A stretch of DNA of 51,897 nt, from assembly GCA_040904625.1 (NCBI GenBank), contig JBBDTC010000061.1:1-51897 (forward strand). The letters are read 5' to 3'. Every line of letters starts with the position of its first letter. Position 1 is the stretch's first letter. Below, one piece after another: positions 23,347 to 36,247 of the stretch. This DNA is from Gammaproteobacteria bacterium (GTDB lineage Bacteria > Pseudomonadota > Gammaproteobacteria > Ga0077536). Made by a program: the position numbers and the translations under genes. The notes below the pieces were generated by a model. That model saw nothing but the letters and a program-made list of their open reading frames with translations, was not told where the DNA came from and did not search any database.

Positions 23347-26300
23347 TCAGCCAGGCAGTTGTGTGAGCAGATTCCGTGCCTCGGCCTTCTGCGCGTCGCT
23401 ACCGTCAGCGCTTACTTCAGCGAGGATCGAGCGTGCGCCGTCCGTATCCCCAAGTTCGATGTAGGCCTTGGCCAGATTGAGCTTGGTGTCGGCATCATCA
23501 CTGGCCATCTGCTCGTCGTCGCCTTCGCTACCCGGCATGATGACCGTACGCTCGTCGTCGAAATCGAGATCCAGAGATGATGCGTCGTCCTCGTCGAGCG
23601 TCAATTCATCCGTCTGATCGCCCTGGTCCTGCTCGGGCTGATAGGCCTCGATCTCCACCGTATCGAGCACGGCTTCGGCGTTGTCGAGATCGCCACCGTC
23701 AGCGGGCGTAGCCATCGTGGCCATATCCACCGTATCCCCGGCGGCGACGGAATACATGTCCATCGTGCCATCGAGTGAAAGGTCGAACTCTTCGTCACTG
23801 TCCTTGCCGTCGTCGAGGGCCAGTTCGTCGAGCTCTCCGCCCTGTAACGACAACTCGCCATCGATCGGGTCATCGTCGCGGGAACTCATCGTGATTTCGA
23901 GCCCACCCCCGTCGTCCTCGTTCTCGATGACGTCGAGCGTGCCGTCGAGATCGTCGCTACCCATCGTGATATCGAAATCTATCGCGGATTCGTCGCTACC
24001 CTGAGCGGTATCGAAAGCCGCGTCCATGTCGATCGTTTCGGTCGAATCCGAGCCGCCGCCGGCAGTGGACGCGGCTGCCGGGCCGCTCGTCGCGGACCCG
24101 TCAGGTGCCTTCTCGTCAGCGCGTTCGTCATCCAGTCCGCCGATATCGAAATCAAGTGCGGCGTCGTCGTCCTGTTCGGTTTGCCCGCCGGTCAGGTCGA
24201 GGAAGTCGTCGGCGGCGCTTGCAGCGGGACGTGAGGCCTCGTCGTCATCGGCCGGTGTCGCGGCCTCGCTGAGATCGAAATCGAGTTCCGCATTGGCGTC
24301 TCCCTTGTCGTCAGCAAGCTCGAGTTCGGCAGTTTCATCAGCATCGATGCGTTCCGCAGACTCATCCGATTCGCCTAGACCGGGGGCGGTAACATTGAAC
24401 AGATCGCCATCCTCGACATCGGAAACGTCACCGGAGCGGGTGACGTCGAGCAAGTCGCCGCCTCCGCTGTGGGTATCGTCGAGAGAATCCAGATCGAAGA
24501 CCCCGCTGCTGCGCTCCTGCGCCGGCGCGGACTGCTCCTCGGTATCCTCTGTGAAATCGAGTTTCTCCGTTTCTTCGGATCCGGCACCGATATCGGGATT
24601 TTCGTCATCGCTTTTCGGCGCATCACCGCCGGTGATATCGAGCAATTCATCTTCGGCTTCGAATTCGAGCGTTTGACCCGCCTCGGCGTCGCCGCCGGTG
24701 AGATCGAACAACTCGTCGGCCGCATCGTCACCGGTAATGTCGATGATATCGTCGTCACCTTCGCCGGGTGCTGTGTCGGGCGCTTGCACCATGTCGCCGG
24801 TCTCGCCGAATCCCAGATCGAGGCTGGTCTCGTCGTCGTCACCCGGCATCTGGGACAAGGTCTCCTCGCCGATGTCGGAGGAATCACCCGTGATATCGAC
24901 GAATGCCGATGCCGAGTCCGGCGCGGGCGCGGCCTCGGCAACCGCTCCTTCTGCAAACAGCTCGCGTTCGGGTGACATCTCCGACCACATCGCCACGGCA
25001 CTGGACCACAGAGGATCGTCGGCGCCAACCGCATCGAACAGGTCGCGAGCGGCAAGTTCGTAGGCGCCACGGTCGTTCGACGAATAGTAGACTTCGAGCA
25101 GCCGCAGCTTGTATTCGTGGCGATCCGGATATTCCTCGATCACGCGTTTGACCAGTTCTTCGGCTTGGTCGAAGCGTTCGTAAGCAAGGTAGACGTTGAC
25201 TTCTTCGAGCGGATCTTCTGCGTCGGGCGGCGCCTGCGCGACCGGGATGTCGGTGGCCGTCTGGTCGGCAGCCGTTGCTTCGACGGTGGCGTCGGGATCG
25301 AATGCCGCTGCCGCGGATTGCGTATCGTCGTCCGTAAGGTCGGTCGGCGCTGCAGTCTGTTCCTCTGCGGCAGTTGGGGCCACGGTCGCCGTCGCCGCAG
25401 CCGCGCTGGTCACGGTGGCCTGCGCGGTGGTTGCCCGCCCTTCACCGCCGTCACGCCGCCGGAGCACGGCAACCACGCCAGCCACCAGCGCAGCCAGCAC
25501 CAGCGCCGCGCCGATGCCGAGGATGGTAAAACTGCCTCCCGGCACCCGCTCAGCCACATGCTCGGGAACCAGGTTGGCCGGAAAACCGCGCTCCATGGCC
25601 GGCTCCGGCGTACGCGCTGCCGGCGGCGCGTCCGTACCCGCTTCCGACGCTGCGTCGTCGACCCCAGCGGCGCGAGCCGCGGTCTCCTCTGTGCCGGTAT
25701 CTGCGGTGGCGTCCTCATCGACGCCCAGGTCGAGCGTATCAATGTCACTGTCCGCTGCCGCGGCGTCCGCCATCGGCGCTTCGTCCGCCGACGGGTCCGC
25801 GCCGTCGTCGCCGGTATCCGTTTCGGCGCCGATTTCGCCGTGATCGATGCCCAGCTCCGCCAGGCGCGCCTGCAGCGCGGCGAGTTCCTCATCCTTGATA
25901 TTCACCTGACGCTGGAGAATATCGATGATCTCCTCGGCCTCGGTCAGCTTGGTTTCCAGATCGGCGGCTAACTGCGTCCGCGTATCGATGTCTTCATCAC
26001 GCAATAAATCCGAACCCGTGCCCACGCTGGCGCTGCCAGGCGTACCGCCGCCGTCGGCATCGGCGCCCGGTGCAACGAGTTCGAGACGCGCCCCGTCGAC
26101 GGCAGCTGCCATCGCGTCGCTCGGCGCAGCCGGAGCCGGAGCGCCAACGGGTTGGGTGTCTACCGCGGCGGCGGCCTGGGTACGGTAGCTTTGCCACAGT
26201 TCGTGCTGGCGTTTGACCTCGGCGAAGGCCTCGCGCGGTGATACGGAACTCAGGCTCGATTCCGCAGGTAGACGCAACACCGCACCGCGACGCAGCAGGT

Positions 26301-26973
26301 TGACGTTGTTCTCGCCAAACGCCTGCGGATTCTCGCGCAGGATGGCGAGCATCATTTGTTGAATGGTGACGCTCTCATCCGGGCGGTAGGCAGAAGCCAG
26401 CGACCAAAGGGTGTCTCCCGCGCCGATCGGGCCGATTTCCCGCCCCGCCACGTAGCGACCGGCAGTCGCCGGAGCAGGCCGCGTGGCCGCCTGCGGCGGC
26501 GCTGTCGTCGCACGCGTTTCCGCCCGCGGCGGCGGTGTTGCCGCGGGCGCAGCCGTCGTGGCACGGCGCCGATTGGGATCATAGAGCGGCGGGTCGAGGA
26601 GAACCGTGTATTCGCGCAGCAGGCGACCGTTCAGCCAATTGACTTCGAGCAGAAAATTCAGAAACGGCTCGCGGACCGGATCTTTGGAGGAAATCGCGAT
26701 GTAGGTCTTGTCGCTGCTGCTGTCGTCAATCCTGAAACGCAGTGCCGACACGACGGGATTGAAATCGATACCAATTCTTTCGAATTGTTCCCGGTCCGCC
26801 AGCGACACCTTGAGCGTGTCGAAATCAGCCCGACTGGCGCCGGTGATCTCGATCCGACCACTAAAGGGCTCACTGAGCGAAGACGTCGATTGGAGCGGGC
26901 CTAAACCCAACGCAAATACGAGGGTGCTCGCGGTACAGCAGAGTAGCAGGGCGACGGCTCGGTTCCGTAGCAT
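23347..26973 (-). CDS. fimV: FimV-family peptidoglycan-binding protein (LysM; very long acidic region; C-terminal TPR-like FimV motif)
   Basis: 1208 aa. Signal/TM N-terminus, conserved FimV N-domain (FLNFLLEVNWLNGRLLREYTVLLDPP) and LysM (DTLWSLA...LLRRGAVLRLP). There is a mid-protein TM segment (ILGIGAALVLAALVAGVVAVL) and a C-terminal motif LNLAKAYIELGDTDGARSIL. Conserved asd-fimV-truA position. Confidence 0.88.
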   Translation of the reverse strand: MLRNRAVALLLCCTASTLVFALGLGPLQSTSSLSEPFSGRIEITGASRADFDTLKVSLADREQFERIGIDFNPVVSALRFRIDDSSSDKTYIAISSKDPVREPFLNFLLEVNWLNGRLLREYTVLLDPPLYDPNRRRATTAAPAATPPPRAETRATTAPPQAATRPAPATAGRYVAGREIGPIGAGDTLWSLASAYRPDESVTIQQMMLAILRENPQAFGENNVNLLRRGAVLRLPAESSLSSVSPREAFAEVKRQHELWQSYRTQAAAAVDTQPVGAPAPAAPSDAMAAAVDGARLELVAPGADADGGGTPGSASVGTGSDLLRDEDIDTRTQLAADLETKLTEAEEIIDILQRQVNIKDEELAALQARLAELGIDHGEIGAETDTGDDGADPSADEAPMADAAAADSDIDTLDLGVDEDATADTGTEETAARAAGVDDAASEAGTDAPPAARTPEPAMERGFPANLVPEHVAERVPGGSFTILGIGAALVLAALVAGVVAVLRRRDGGEGRATTAQATVTSAAAATATVAPTAAEEQTAAPTDLTDDDTQSAAAAFDPDATVEATAADQTATDIPVAQAPPDAEDPLEEVNVYLAYERFDQAEELVKRVIEEYPDRHEYKLRLLEVYYSSNDRGAYELAARDLFDAVGADDPLWSSAVAMWSEMSPERELFAEGAVAEAAPAPDSASAFVDITGDSSDIGEETLSQMPGDDDETSLDLGFGETGDMVQAPDTAPGEGDDDIIDITGDDAADELFDLTGGDAEAGQTLEFEAEDELLDITGGDAPKSDDENPDIGAGSEETEKLDFTEDTEEQSAPAQERSSGVFDLDSLDDTHSGGGDLLDVTRSGDVSDVEDGDLFNVTAPGLGESDESAERIDADETAELELADDKGDANAELDFDLSEAATPADDDEASRPAASAADDFLDLTGGQTEQDDDAALDFDIGGLDDERADEKAPDGSATSGPAAASTAGGGSDSTETIDMDAAFDTAQGSDESAIDFDITMGSDDLDGTLDVIENEDDGGGLEITMSSRDDDPIDGELSLQGGELDELALDDGKDSDEEFDLSLDGTMDMYSVAAGDTVDMATMATPADGGDLDNAEAVLDTVEIEAYQPEQDQGDQTDELTLDEDDASSLDLDFDDERTVIMPGSEGDDEQMASDDADTKLNLAKAYIELGDTDGARSILAEVSADGSDAQKAEARNLLTQLPG

Positions 26974-27112
26974 GACGTCATTCCTTCACATCGGTTCGCG
27001 CACGATTGAAAAGCAACAGAGTCGCCGCACACGGCTGGGGCCGCGAACTCCACGTTCGGACCAGCAGTCCCAAACCTTTGAACATTCTTTATGATCGGTG
27101 ACTAACTATAGC

Positions 27113-28135
27113 TTACAGATGACTTTTTACCAACATTTCGGCAATCTGAACACTATTAAGTGCGGCCCCTTTCCGAACATTGTCGGAAACGACCCACAGG
27201 TTGATCCCTCGCGGATGGGAAATGTCCTCCCGAATCCGCCCGACGAACACGGCATCGTGGTTCGCACCCTCCGTTACGGCGGTCGGATAGCCGCCGTCGA
27301 CCCGCTCGTCGAGCACCGTCACGCCGGGGAAGTTGCGCAGCAGGGCGGTGACCTCTGCGGCACTGATCCTGGCCCGGGTCTCGATGTGCACGGCTTCTGA
27401 ATGACCATAGAACACGGGCACTCGAACCGCCGTCGGATTCACGGCAATCGCTTCGTCTCCCATGATTTTGCGCGTCTCCCAGACCATCTTCATCTCTTCT
27501 TTGGTGTAGCCGTTGTCCTGGAAGGTATCGATATGGGGCAGGCAATTGAATGCGATCTGCTTCGGGTACACGCTCGGTTGGACGGCGCGTCCGTTGAGCA
27601 AGGCAGCGGATTGTGATGCCAACTCCTCGATCGCCTCCTTGCCGGTGCCGGATACCGCTTGATAAGTGCAGACATTGATGCGTTCGATGCCCACCGCATC
27701 GTAGATGGGCTTGAGCGCCACGACCATCTGAATCGTCGAACAATTGGGATTGGCGATGATATTGCGATTGCGGAGCTGCTCCAGTGCCTGTGGATTGACC
27801 TCAGGCACGACCAACGGAATATCCGCATCGTAGCGAAACTCCGAGGTGTTATCGATGACGACGCAGCCGGCCGCGGCTGCGCGCGGGGCGTGGATCCGGG
27901 AAACCGCAGCGCCCGGCGAAAACAGGCCGATGTCGACACCACTGAAATCGAAACCGTCCAGATCCTGAACAGTCAGTTGCCGGTCGCGAAAGGCGACCTT
28001 GGATCCGGCCGAGCGAGCACTGGCGAGTGCGTGGACTTCGCCCACCGGGAAATTGCGCTCAGCCAGTATGGCGAGCATGACCTCACCGACGGCACCGGTT
28101 GCGCCGACGACGGCGACATTGAAGTTCTTAGCCAT
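27113..28135 (-). CDS. asd: aspartate-semialdehyde dehydrogenase
   Basis: 340 aa. NAD fold [12 protein letters not shown] and active-site Cys NPNCSTIQM. Confidence 0.97.
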   Translation of the reverse strand: MAKNFNVAVVGATGAVGEVMLAILAERNFPVGEVHALASARSAGSKVAFRDRQLTVQDLDGFDFSGVDIGLFSPGAAVSRIHAPRAAAAGCVVIDNTSEFRYDADIPLVVPEVNPQALEQLRNRNIIANPNCSTIQMVVALKPIYDAVGIERINVCTYQAVSGTGKEAIEELASQSAALLNGRAVQPSVYPKQIAFNCLPHIDTFQDNGYTKEEMKMVWETRKIMGDEAIAVNPTAVRVPVFYGHSEAVHIETRARISAAEVTALLRNFPGVTVLDERVDGGYPTAVTEGANHDAVFVGRIREDISHPRGINLWVVSDNVRKGAALNSVQIAEMLVKSHL

Positions 28136-28159
28136 TATTCGCTCCTCAGCTTCGTCTTG

Positions 28160-29242
28160 TCACACAGCATCCAGCGCACGTATGACCGCGGCGGCCATTT
28201 CCTGGGTACCCACGGCTTGGCCGCCGCTGGCCGCGATGTCGGCCGTGCGCAGACCACTCTCGAGGACCCGGGCCACCGCTGCTTCAACGCGGTCCGCGAG
28301 CGCGGCCTCGTGCAAGGTGTAGCGCAGCATCATGCTCGCCGAGAGGACAGTCGCCAATGGATTGGCCAGATCGCGGCCCGCGAGATCGGGCGCTGAACCG
28401 TGTACGGGCTCGAACAAGCCCTTGCCGCTCGCACCCAACGACGCCGACGGCAGCATCCCGATCGACCCCGTCAACATCGCAGCGAGATCGGAAAGAATAT
28501 CCCCGAACAGGTTGGTCGTGACGATGACATCGAACTGTTTCGGCGCACGGACCAATTGCATCGCGGCATTGTCCACATACATGTGCGACAGCTCGACATC
28601 CGGATATTCCGCCCCCAGGGACTGCACGACTTCGCGCCACAGCTCGCTGACTTCGAGCACATTGGCTTTGTCGACCGAACAGAGTCGCCGCTGGCGTTTG
28701 CGTGCGATTTCGAAGGCCGAACGAGCGATACGCTCGATCTCGTACTCACTGTAGACCAGGGTATTGAAGCCTCGCCGCTGTCCGTCGGGTCGGGTGTCGA
28801 TGCCGCGCGGCTGGCCGAAATAGATGCCACCCGTCAGCTCACGGATGATCATGATATCGAGGCCGGCGACGAACTCGGCTTTGAGACTGGACGCATCGGC
28901 CAGTGCCGAAAGCAGGATGGCGGGGCGCAGATTGCAAAACAATTCGAGTTCCGCCCGCAGGCGCAGCAAGCCGCGTTCGGGGCGAATCGCGCGCTCTACC
29001 TTGTCCCACTTCGGCCCGCCCACGGCTCCGAGCAGAATGGCGTCGGCGGCGTGCGCCTGGGCCAGCGTGTCGGCTGGCAGTGCATCGCCATGCGCATCAA
29101 TGGCGCATCCGCCCATCAGCGCATGATCGATCTCGCAGGCCAAACCGAAACGGTCGCGCAGGGCGATGAGCAGTTGCTCGGTCGCGCCGACGATTTCCGG
29201 GCCAATGCCGTCGCCGGCAAGCAAGAGGATCTTGTGGGTCAT
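28160..29242 (-). CDS. leuB: 3-isopropylmalate dehydrogenase
   Basis: Preferred ATG at 29242 ([18 protein letters not shown]). Motif NLFGDILSD. The longest ORF reaches 29272. Confidence 0.97.
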   Translation of the reverse strand: MTHKILLLAGDGIGPEIVGATEQLLIALRDRFGLACEIDHALMGGCAIDAHGDALPADTLAQAHAADAILLGAVGGPKWDKVERAIRPERGLLRLRAELELFCNLRPAILLSALADASSLKAEFVAGLDIMIIRELTGGIYFGQPRGIDTRPDGQRRGFNTLVYSEYEIERIARSAFEIARKRQRRLCSVDKANVLEVSELWREVVQSLGAEYPDVELSHMYVDNAAMQLVRAPKQFDVIVTTNLFGDILSDLAAMLTGSIGMLPSASLGASGKGLFEPVHGSAPDLAGRDLANPLATVLSASMMLRYTLHEAALADRVEAAVARVLESGLRTADIAASGGQAVGTQEMAAAVIRALDAV

Positions 29243-29370
29243 GGTCGTCACGCATCGAAAAAAGGGGCGCAAGGATACAGCATAGCTCGCCGACCTTGCA
29301 CGCGACCGGACGCCGATGGCCGATTCTTTCGGCTATACTGCGCGCCCTCGCGGCCCATGTTTCTGACGCC

Positions 29371-30573
29371 ATGAACCCCGGATTGCAAGCATTGAAGCCC
29401 TATCCGTTCGAACGGCTGGCCGAGATCCGTGCGCGCAACCCGGCCCCGCCCGACAAGCCGCTGATCAACCTGTCGATCGGTGAGCCGCAACATCCGACGC
29501 CGCCGTGTATACACGAAGCCCTGGTCGCGCATCTGGCCGACACCGCCCGCTATCCGGCGACCCGCGGCCTGGCCGAGTTCCGCTACGCGGTCGCGGCCTG
29601 GGCCAGCCGGCGATTCCAGCTCGCCAACGGCCTGCTCGATGCCGATAAGCAGGTCTTGCCGGTCAACGGCACACGCGAAGCGCTGTTCGCCATCGCTCAA
29701 ACGCTGTTCGACGGCGCTGCCGGCAAGCCGTTGATCGGCATGCCCAATCCCTTCTATCAGATATACGAAGGCGCGGCACTGCTTGGCGGCGCACAGCCGT
29801 ATTTTCTGCCGTGCCCGGCCGGTCGGGGATTTCGACCTGACTGGACTGCGGTCAGCGAGCAAATCTGGCGGCAGATGACCCTGGTTTACATCTGCTCACC
29901 GGGTAACCCGGCCGGTACGGTGATGACCGCCGACGACTACGCGATGCTCACCGACCTCGCCGATCGCCATGATTTCGCCATCATCGCCGACGAGTGCTAC
30001 AGCGAAATCTACGCTGACGAGTCCGCCCCGCCACTCGGCCTGCTGCAATGGTGCGCCGCCAATGGCCGCAATGATTTCGCCCGATGTCTGGTGATGCACA
30101 GTCTGTCCAAGCGATCAAATGCACCGGGCCTGCGTTCGGGCTTCGTCGCCGGTGATGCAGGCCTGATCGGCGCGTTCTACCGCTACAGAACCTATCAGGG
30201 CGGCGCCATGTCGCTGCCGGTACAACATGCCAGCATTGCAGCATGGAGTGACGAAAATCACGTCAAGGAAAACCGGGCGCGCTATCGCGCCAAGTTTGCT
30301 CGTGTCCACGCACGCCTGCGGCCGGTCCTCGATTTCACACTACCCGTTGCCGGCTTCTATCTGTGGCCGGCATTGCCGATCGACGGCGTCAGTGCGTGTG
30401 AAAGGCTGCTCAGCGAAGCCGGCGTGCTGGTGCTGCCCGGCAGCTTTCTTGCCCGCGACAGCGCCGCCGGCGACAACCCGGGCCAGAATCGTATCCGCAT
30501 CGCCTTGGTAGCCGACCTCGCGGAATGCGAAGAAGCCGCCGATCGCCTTTATTCCGTCATCCAGAGATTTTGA
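29371..30573 (+). CDS. dapC: succinyldiaminopimelate transaminase (class I/II aminotransferase)
   Basis: Preferred ATG at 29371 ([19 protein letters not shown]...); the track ORF starts at a TTG at 29296. PLP-lysine motif SLSKRSN. Lies directly upstream of dapD. Confidence 0.88.
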   Translation: MNPGLQALKPYPFERLAEIRARNPAPPDKPLINLSIGEPQHPTPPCIHEALVAHLADTARYPATRGLAEFRYAVAAWASRRFQLANGLLDADKQVLPVNGTREALFAIAQTLFDGAAGKPLIGMPNPFYQIYEGAALLGGAQPYFLPCPAGRGFRPDWTAVSEQIWRQMTLVYICSPGNPAGTVMTADDYAMLTDLADRHDFAIIADECYSEIYADESAPPLGLLQWCAANGRNDFARCLVMHSLSKRSNAPGLRSGFVAGDAGLIGAFYRYRTYQGGAMSLPVQHASIAAWSDENHVKENRARYRAKFARVHARLRPVLDFTLPVAGFYLWPALPIDGVSACERLLSEAGVLVLPGSFLARDSAAGDNPGQNRIRIALVADLAECEEAADRLYSVIQRF

Positions 30574-30586
30574 GGAGAACGTCCCG

Positions 30587-31408
30587 ATGCAAGAACTCGC
30601 CAATGTAATCGACGGCGCCTTTGCTACGCGCGATCAGTACGACGCGCAATCGGCAAGCGAGGAAATTCGCGCCGCGGTGAGGGAATGCCTGGACGGCCTC
30701 GATGCGGGAACCATACGAGTGGCCGAACCCACCGCCACCGGCTGGCACGTCAACGAGTGGGCCAAAAAAGCCGTGCTGCTGTCGTTCAAGCTGGCCGGGA
30801 ATGACGTCATTCCCGGCGGGCATACCAATTACTTCGATAAGGTGGCGCTCAAGTTCGCCGGCCTGGAGCGCGCCCGATTCGAACAGATCGGTGCGCGCAT
30901 CGTCCCGCCGGCGACGGCACGTCACGGTTGCTACATCGGTCCCAACGTGATCCTCATGCCGAGCTACGTCAACATCGGCGCCTACGTCGATGCGGGGACG
31001 ATGGTCGATACGTGGGCGACAGTCGGCTCCTGCGCCCAAATCGGCAAGAACGTCCACTTGTCCGGGGGCGTCGGCATAGGCGGTGTGCTGGAACCCTTGC
31101 AGGCGACACCGACGATCATCGAGGACGGTTGCTTCATCGGCGCCCGTTCGGAGATCGTCGAGGGTGTCATAGTCGGAGCAGGCTCGGTCATCTCGATGGG
31201 CGTCTACATCGGCCAGAGCACCAAGATCTACGACCGCGAGAGCGCCACGGTGAGCTACGGTCATGTCCCGCCGGGTTCGGTGGTGGTGTCGGGGAATCTA
31301 CCCGCCGCAGACGGCAGCCACAGTCTCTACTGCGCGGTAATCGTCAAACGGGTCGACGAAAAAACCCGCGCCAAAGTGGGGATCAACGAACTGCTGCGCG
31401 ACATCTGA
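30587..31408 (+). CDS. dapD: 2,3,4,5-tetrahydropyridine-2,6-dicarboxylate N-succinyltransferase
   Basis: 273 aa. Left-handed beta-helix hexapeptide repeats and a typical DapD N-terminal domain. Confidence 0.96.
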   Translation: MQELANVIDGAFATRDQYDAQSASEEIRAAVRECLDGLDAGTIRVAEPTATGWHVNEWAKKAVLLSFKLAGNDVIPGGHTNYFDKVALKFAGLERARFEQIGARIVPPATARHGCYIGPNVILMPSYVNIGAYVDAGTMVDTWATVGSCAQIGKNVHLSGGVGIGGVLEPLQATPTIIEDGCFIGARSEIVEGVIVGAGSVISMGVYIGQSTKIYDRESATVSYGHVPPGSVVVSGNLPAADGSHSLYCAVIVKRVDEKTRAKVGINELLRDI

Positions 31409-31439
31409 GCGGCGCCGCGGACGAACGGCTTCAGTGCCT

Positions 31440-32816
31440 TCAGGCCGCGCATCCGGCCGCCGCATCGCGTGCCGCGCCATCGACGGCGGCAGCGATACTG
31501 TTGGCGAGCGCTTCGACCATGGTTTCATCCTGGCCCTCGACCATTACCCGGATGAGCGGTTCGGTGCCCGACGGCCGCAACAGGACGCGGCCGCTGTCCT
31601 TGAGACGCAGCTCGGCGTCCGCAACCGCTTCCCGCACACTGGGCCAGTCCAGCACGTCGACCTTCTGCTTCATCCGCACATTGACCAGCGCCTGTGGATA
31701 CTTGCGCATCCCACAGCGCAGTTCGGCCAGCCCCTGGTCACTGGCATTCATCGCTTCCAAGACCTGCAAGGCCGAAATGATACCGTCGCCCGTGGTCGTG
31801 AGATCGAGGCAGATGATGTGACCCGACGATTCTCCGCCCAAGGTCCAGTTGCCCTGCAGCAAGCGCTCGATGATGTAGCGATCGCCCACCTTGGCGCGCT
31901 CGAAACCGAGGCCGAGCGTACGGATCGCCTGCTCCAGGCCGAGATTGCTCATCTGGGTACCGACCACGCTACCGCGTAGTGCGCCGCTCATATAGCGGCG
32001 GCGGGCGATCATGAAGACGATTTCGTCGCCATCGACGACCTCGCCCGCGGCGTCGACCATGATCAAGCGATCCCCGTCACCGTCCAGCGCAATGCCGACA
32101 TCCGCACGATGTTCGAGTACCGCGGCCTGCAGCGCTGCCGGCGCGGTCGCGCCGCAAGCTTCGTTGATATTGAATCCATCCGGGTTGGTACCGAGGGTGA
32201 CGACTTCCGCACCGAGTTCCTCGAACACCGCCGGCGCAACGTGGTAAGTGGCTCCGTGGGCACAGTCGACGACGAGTTTCAGGCCCGCGAGGCTCAGGCT
32301 CGAACGCACCGTGCTCTTGCAGAATTCGATATAGCGGCCGGCGGCATCTTCGACCCGGCGTGCTTTGCCGAGTTGCTTCGACTTGACCGTTTCCAGCGGC
32401 TTGGCGATCTCGGCTTCGATGGCCAGTTCGATGTCGTCGGGGAGTTTGGTCCCTTCCTGCGAAAAGAATTTGATGCCGTTGTCGTCGAAGGGATTGTGCG
32501 AGGCGCTGATCACGATGCCAGCCTCGGCGTGGAAGGTGCGGGTGAGATAGGCGATGCCGGGGGTCGGCATTGGCCCGAGCAGGTGAATATCGATACCGGC
32601 AGCTGACAGCCCCGCTTCCAGGGCAGATTCGAACATGTAGCCGGATACGCGTGTGTCCTTACCGATCAGGACCTTGGGTCGGCCTGAGGCCCGCGCGCCG
32701 AGTACGCGTCCAGCGGCCCAGCCGAGCTTCATGACGAAATCGGGGGTGATGGGCGCCTCACCGACCGTGCCGCGAATGCCGTCGGTGCCGAAGTACTGGC
32801 GTTCGTTGCTGCTCAT
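31440..32816 (-). CDS. glmM: phosphoglucosamine mutase
   Basis: Preferred ATG at 32816 ([16 protein letters not shown]). Phosphoserine motif [16 protein letters not shown]. The longest ORF reaches 32882. Confidence 0.96.
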   Translation of the reverse strand: MSSNERQYFGTDGIRGTVGEAPITPDFVMKLGWAAGRVLGARASGRPKVLIGKDTRVSGYMFESALEAGLSAAGIDIHLLGPMPTPGIAYLTRTFHAEAGIVISASHNPFDDNGIKFFSQEGTKLPDDIELAIEAEIAKPLETVKSKQLGKARRVEDAAGRYIEFCKSTVRSSLSLAGLKLVVDCAHGATYHVAPAVFEELGAEVVTLGTNPDGFNINEACGATAPAALQAAVLEHRADVGIALDGDGDRLIMVDAAGEVVDGDEIVFMIARRRYMSGALRGSVVGTQMSNLGLEQAIRTLGLGFERAKVGDRYIIERLLQGNWTLGGESSGHIICLDLTTTGDGIISALQVLEAMNASDQGLAELRCGMRKYPQALVNVRMKQKVDVLDWPSVREAVADAELRLKDSGRVLLRPSGTEPLIRVMVEGQDETMVEALANSIAAAVDGAARDAAAGCAA

Positions 32817-33002
32817 CACTGATTCCCCGCTACTGGATTCGGACTCTTGCCAGACCGGTTCAGCCAGCAGCCCCGCATACACGTTTCAACGGCAGGATCC
32901 GCGCGTTCAGACTGATGGCGGCCTGCGCGCCGGTTTCTGTCGGCAATGCCCCCCTGTCCGCGCAAGCTCTCGTCGGCCCCAGCGGCAGCGCCGGGGCGGC
33001 GT

Positions 33003-34934
<1,932 letters not shown>

Positions 34935-35015
34935 AAACTTCCTGGAACCTTGCCAATCGCTGCGCCGTGGGAAATACGGAATTTGCGGCGGATACCCTGG
35001 CTGACTTTGAAAAAA

Positions 35016-35648
35016 CTATATACCAAATCCCTTGGCTACGACATAAAACTCCCGCGACTGTGCGCGCGACGCGGCCGGCTTGCGCCGCGCCACTGTCTTG
35101 AAGCGCTGCCTGATCTCGCGTACCAGCGAATCGCTACCGGCCGACTCGAACAATTTGAGCAGCAGCGCACCGCCGGGACGCAGATGGCGATCGGAGAGTT
35201 CCAGGCACATGTGCACCAGTTCTTCGAAGGCCGCCAGATCCTTGATCGCGATCCCTGAAATATTGGGCGCCATGTCCGACATTACAAGGTCTACCGGCCT
35301 CTCATCGAGCGCAGCTGCGACAGCGGCATGGACCGCAGCATCGCGGCAATCGCCGATAATCAGGGTCGCACCCGCCACGTCGGACATTTCTAGGACATCA
35401 ACCGCAACCACAGTTCCCTCGGGTCCGACGATTTCGCTGGCAACCTGGGTCCAGCCGCCCGGGCTTGCACCGAGATCGAGCACCCGCGACCCGCGCTTGA
35501 TCAGTTTGTCGCGCTGATTGATGTCCTTGAGCTTATAGGCAGCACGCGAACGATAGCCCTGCTGGCGGCTCTGCTTGACGTAGGTATCGCCGGCCTGACG
35601 CTGGAGCCAGCGGCTACTCGATGACGAGCGGCGCGGCATGCTCAGCAA
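35016..35648 (-). CDS. rlmE: 23S rRNA (uridine2552-2'-O)-methyltransferase
   Basis: 210 aa. SAM motif VLDLGASPGGWTQV. Lies directly upstream of ftsH. Confidence 0.95.
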   Translation of the reverse strand: MLSMPRRSSSSSRWLQRQAGDTYVKQSRQQGYRSRAAYKLKDINQRDKLIKRGSRVLDLGASPGGWTQVASEIVGPEGTVVAVDVLEMSDVAGATLIIGDCRDAAVHAAVAAALDERPVDLVMSDMAPNISGIAIKDLAAFEELVHMCLELSDRHLRPGGALLLKLFESAGSDSLVREIRQRFKTVARRKPAASRAQSREFYVVAKGFGI

Positions 35649-35770
35649 CGGCTCTGGTCTGCTGCACAGAACGCCACGGCGGTGCCGGCTGGCGCGGCCA
35701 CCGCGTCTGTGAGGCCGATCACGGTGCGATGCGGGCCATACCCATTCGTGTCACTACGCCAGCGGCCGAC

Positions 35771-36247
35771 TCAGTCGTAGCGCACGGCGAGGAGTTCGTA
35801 TTCGATCTCTCCGCCCGGCGCCCGAACCACCGCGACGTCGCCCTCGCTCTTGCCAATCAAGGCCCGCGCCACCGGGGAATTGACCGAAACCATACCGGCC
35901 TTGATGTCGGCTTCGTCCTCACCGACGATGCGGTATTCGACCTGTTCCTCCGTCTCCACATTGCACAGCTCGACTGTCGCACCGAAAATGACTTTGCCGC
36001 CGGCGTCGATCTTCGTCGCATCGATGATTTCGGCGTTGCTCAGTTTCGATTCGATTTCGGCGATACGGCCCTCGTTGAAGCTCTGCTGTTCACGAGCGGC
36101 ATGGTATTCCGCGTTCTCTTTCAGATCGCCATGGGCGCGCGCCTCGGCAATTGCCGTGGTTATGCGGGGTCGATCTTCGGACTTGCGTCGCTGTAATTCA
36201 TCGCGCAAGCGCTGCGCGCCGCGCGCAGTCATCGGGGTCTTGTTCAT
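35771..36247 (-). CDS. greA: transcription elongation factor GreA
   Basis: Preferred ATG at 36247 ([18 protein letters not shown]), forming an ATGA overlap with the carB stop. The longest ORF reaches 36256. Confidence 0.95.
   Translation of the reverse strand: MNKTPMTARGAQRLRDELQRRKSEDRPRITTAIAEARAHGDLKENAEYHAAREQQSFNEGRIAEIESKLSNAEIIDATKIDAGGKVIFGATVELCNVETEEQVEYRIVGEDEADIKAGMVSVNSPVARALIGKSEGDVAVVRAPGGEIEYELLAVRYD

Noticed and set aside
31409-31439. Possible bidirectional terminator between convergent dapD and glmM
   Set aside because: Only a short GC palindrome (GCGGCGCCGC) is present, with no loop and no U-tract. That is not enough to call.
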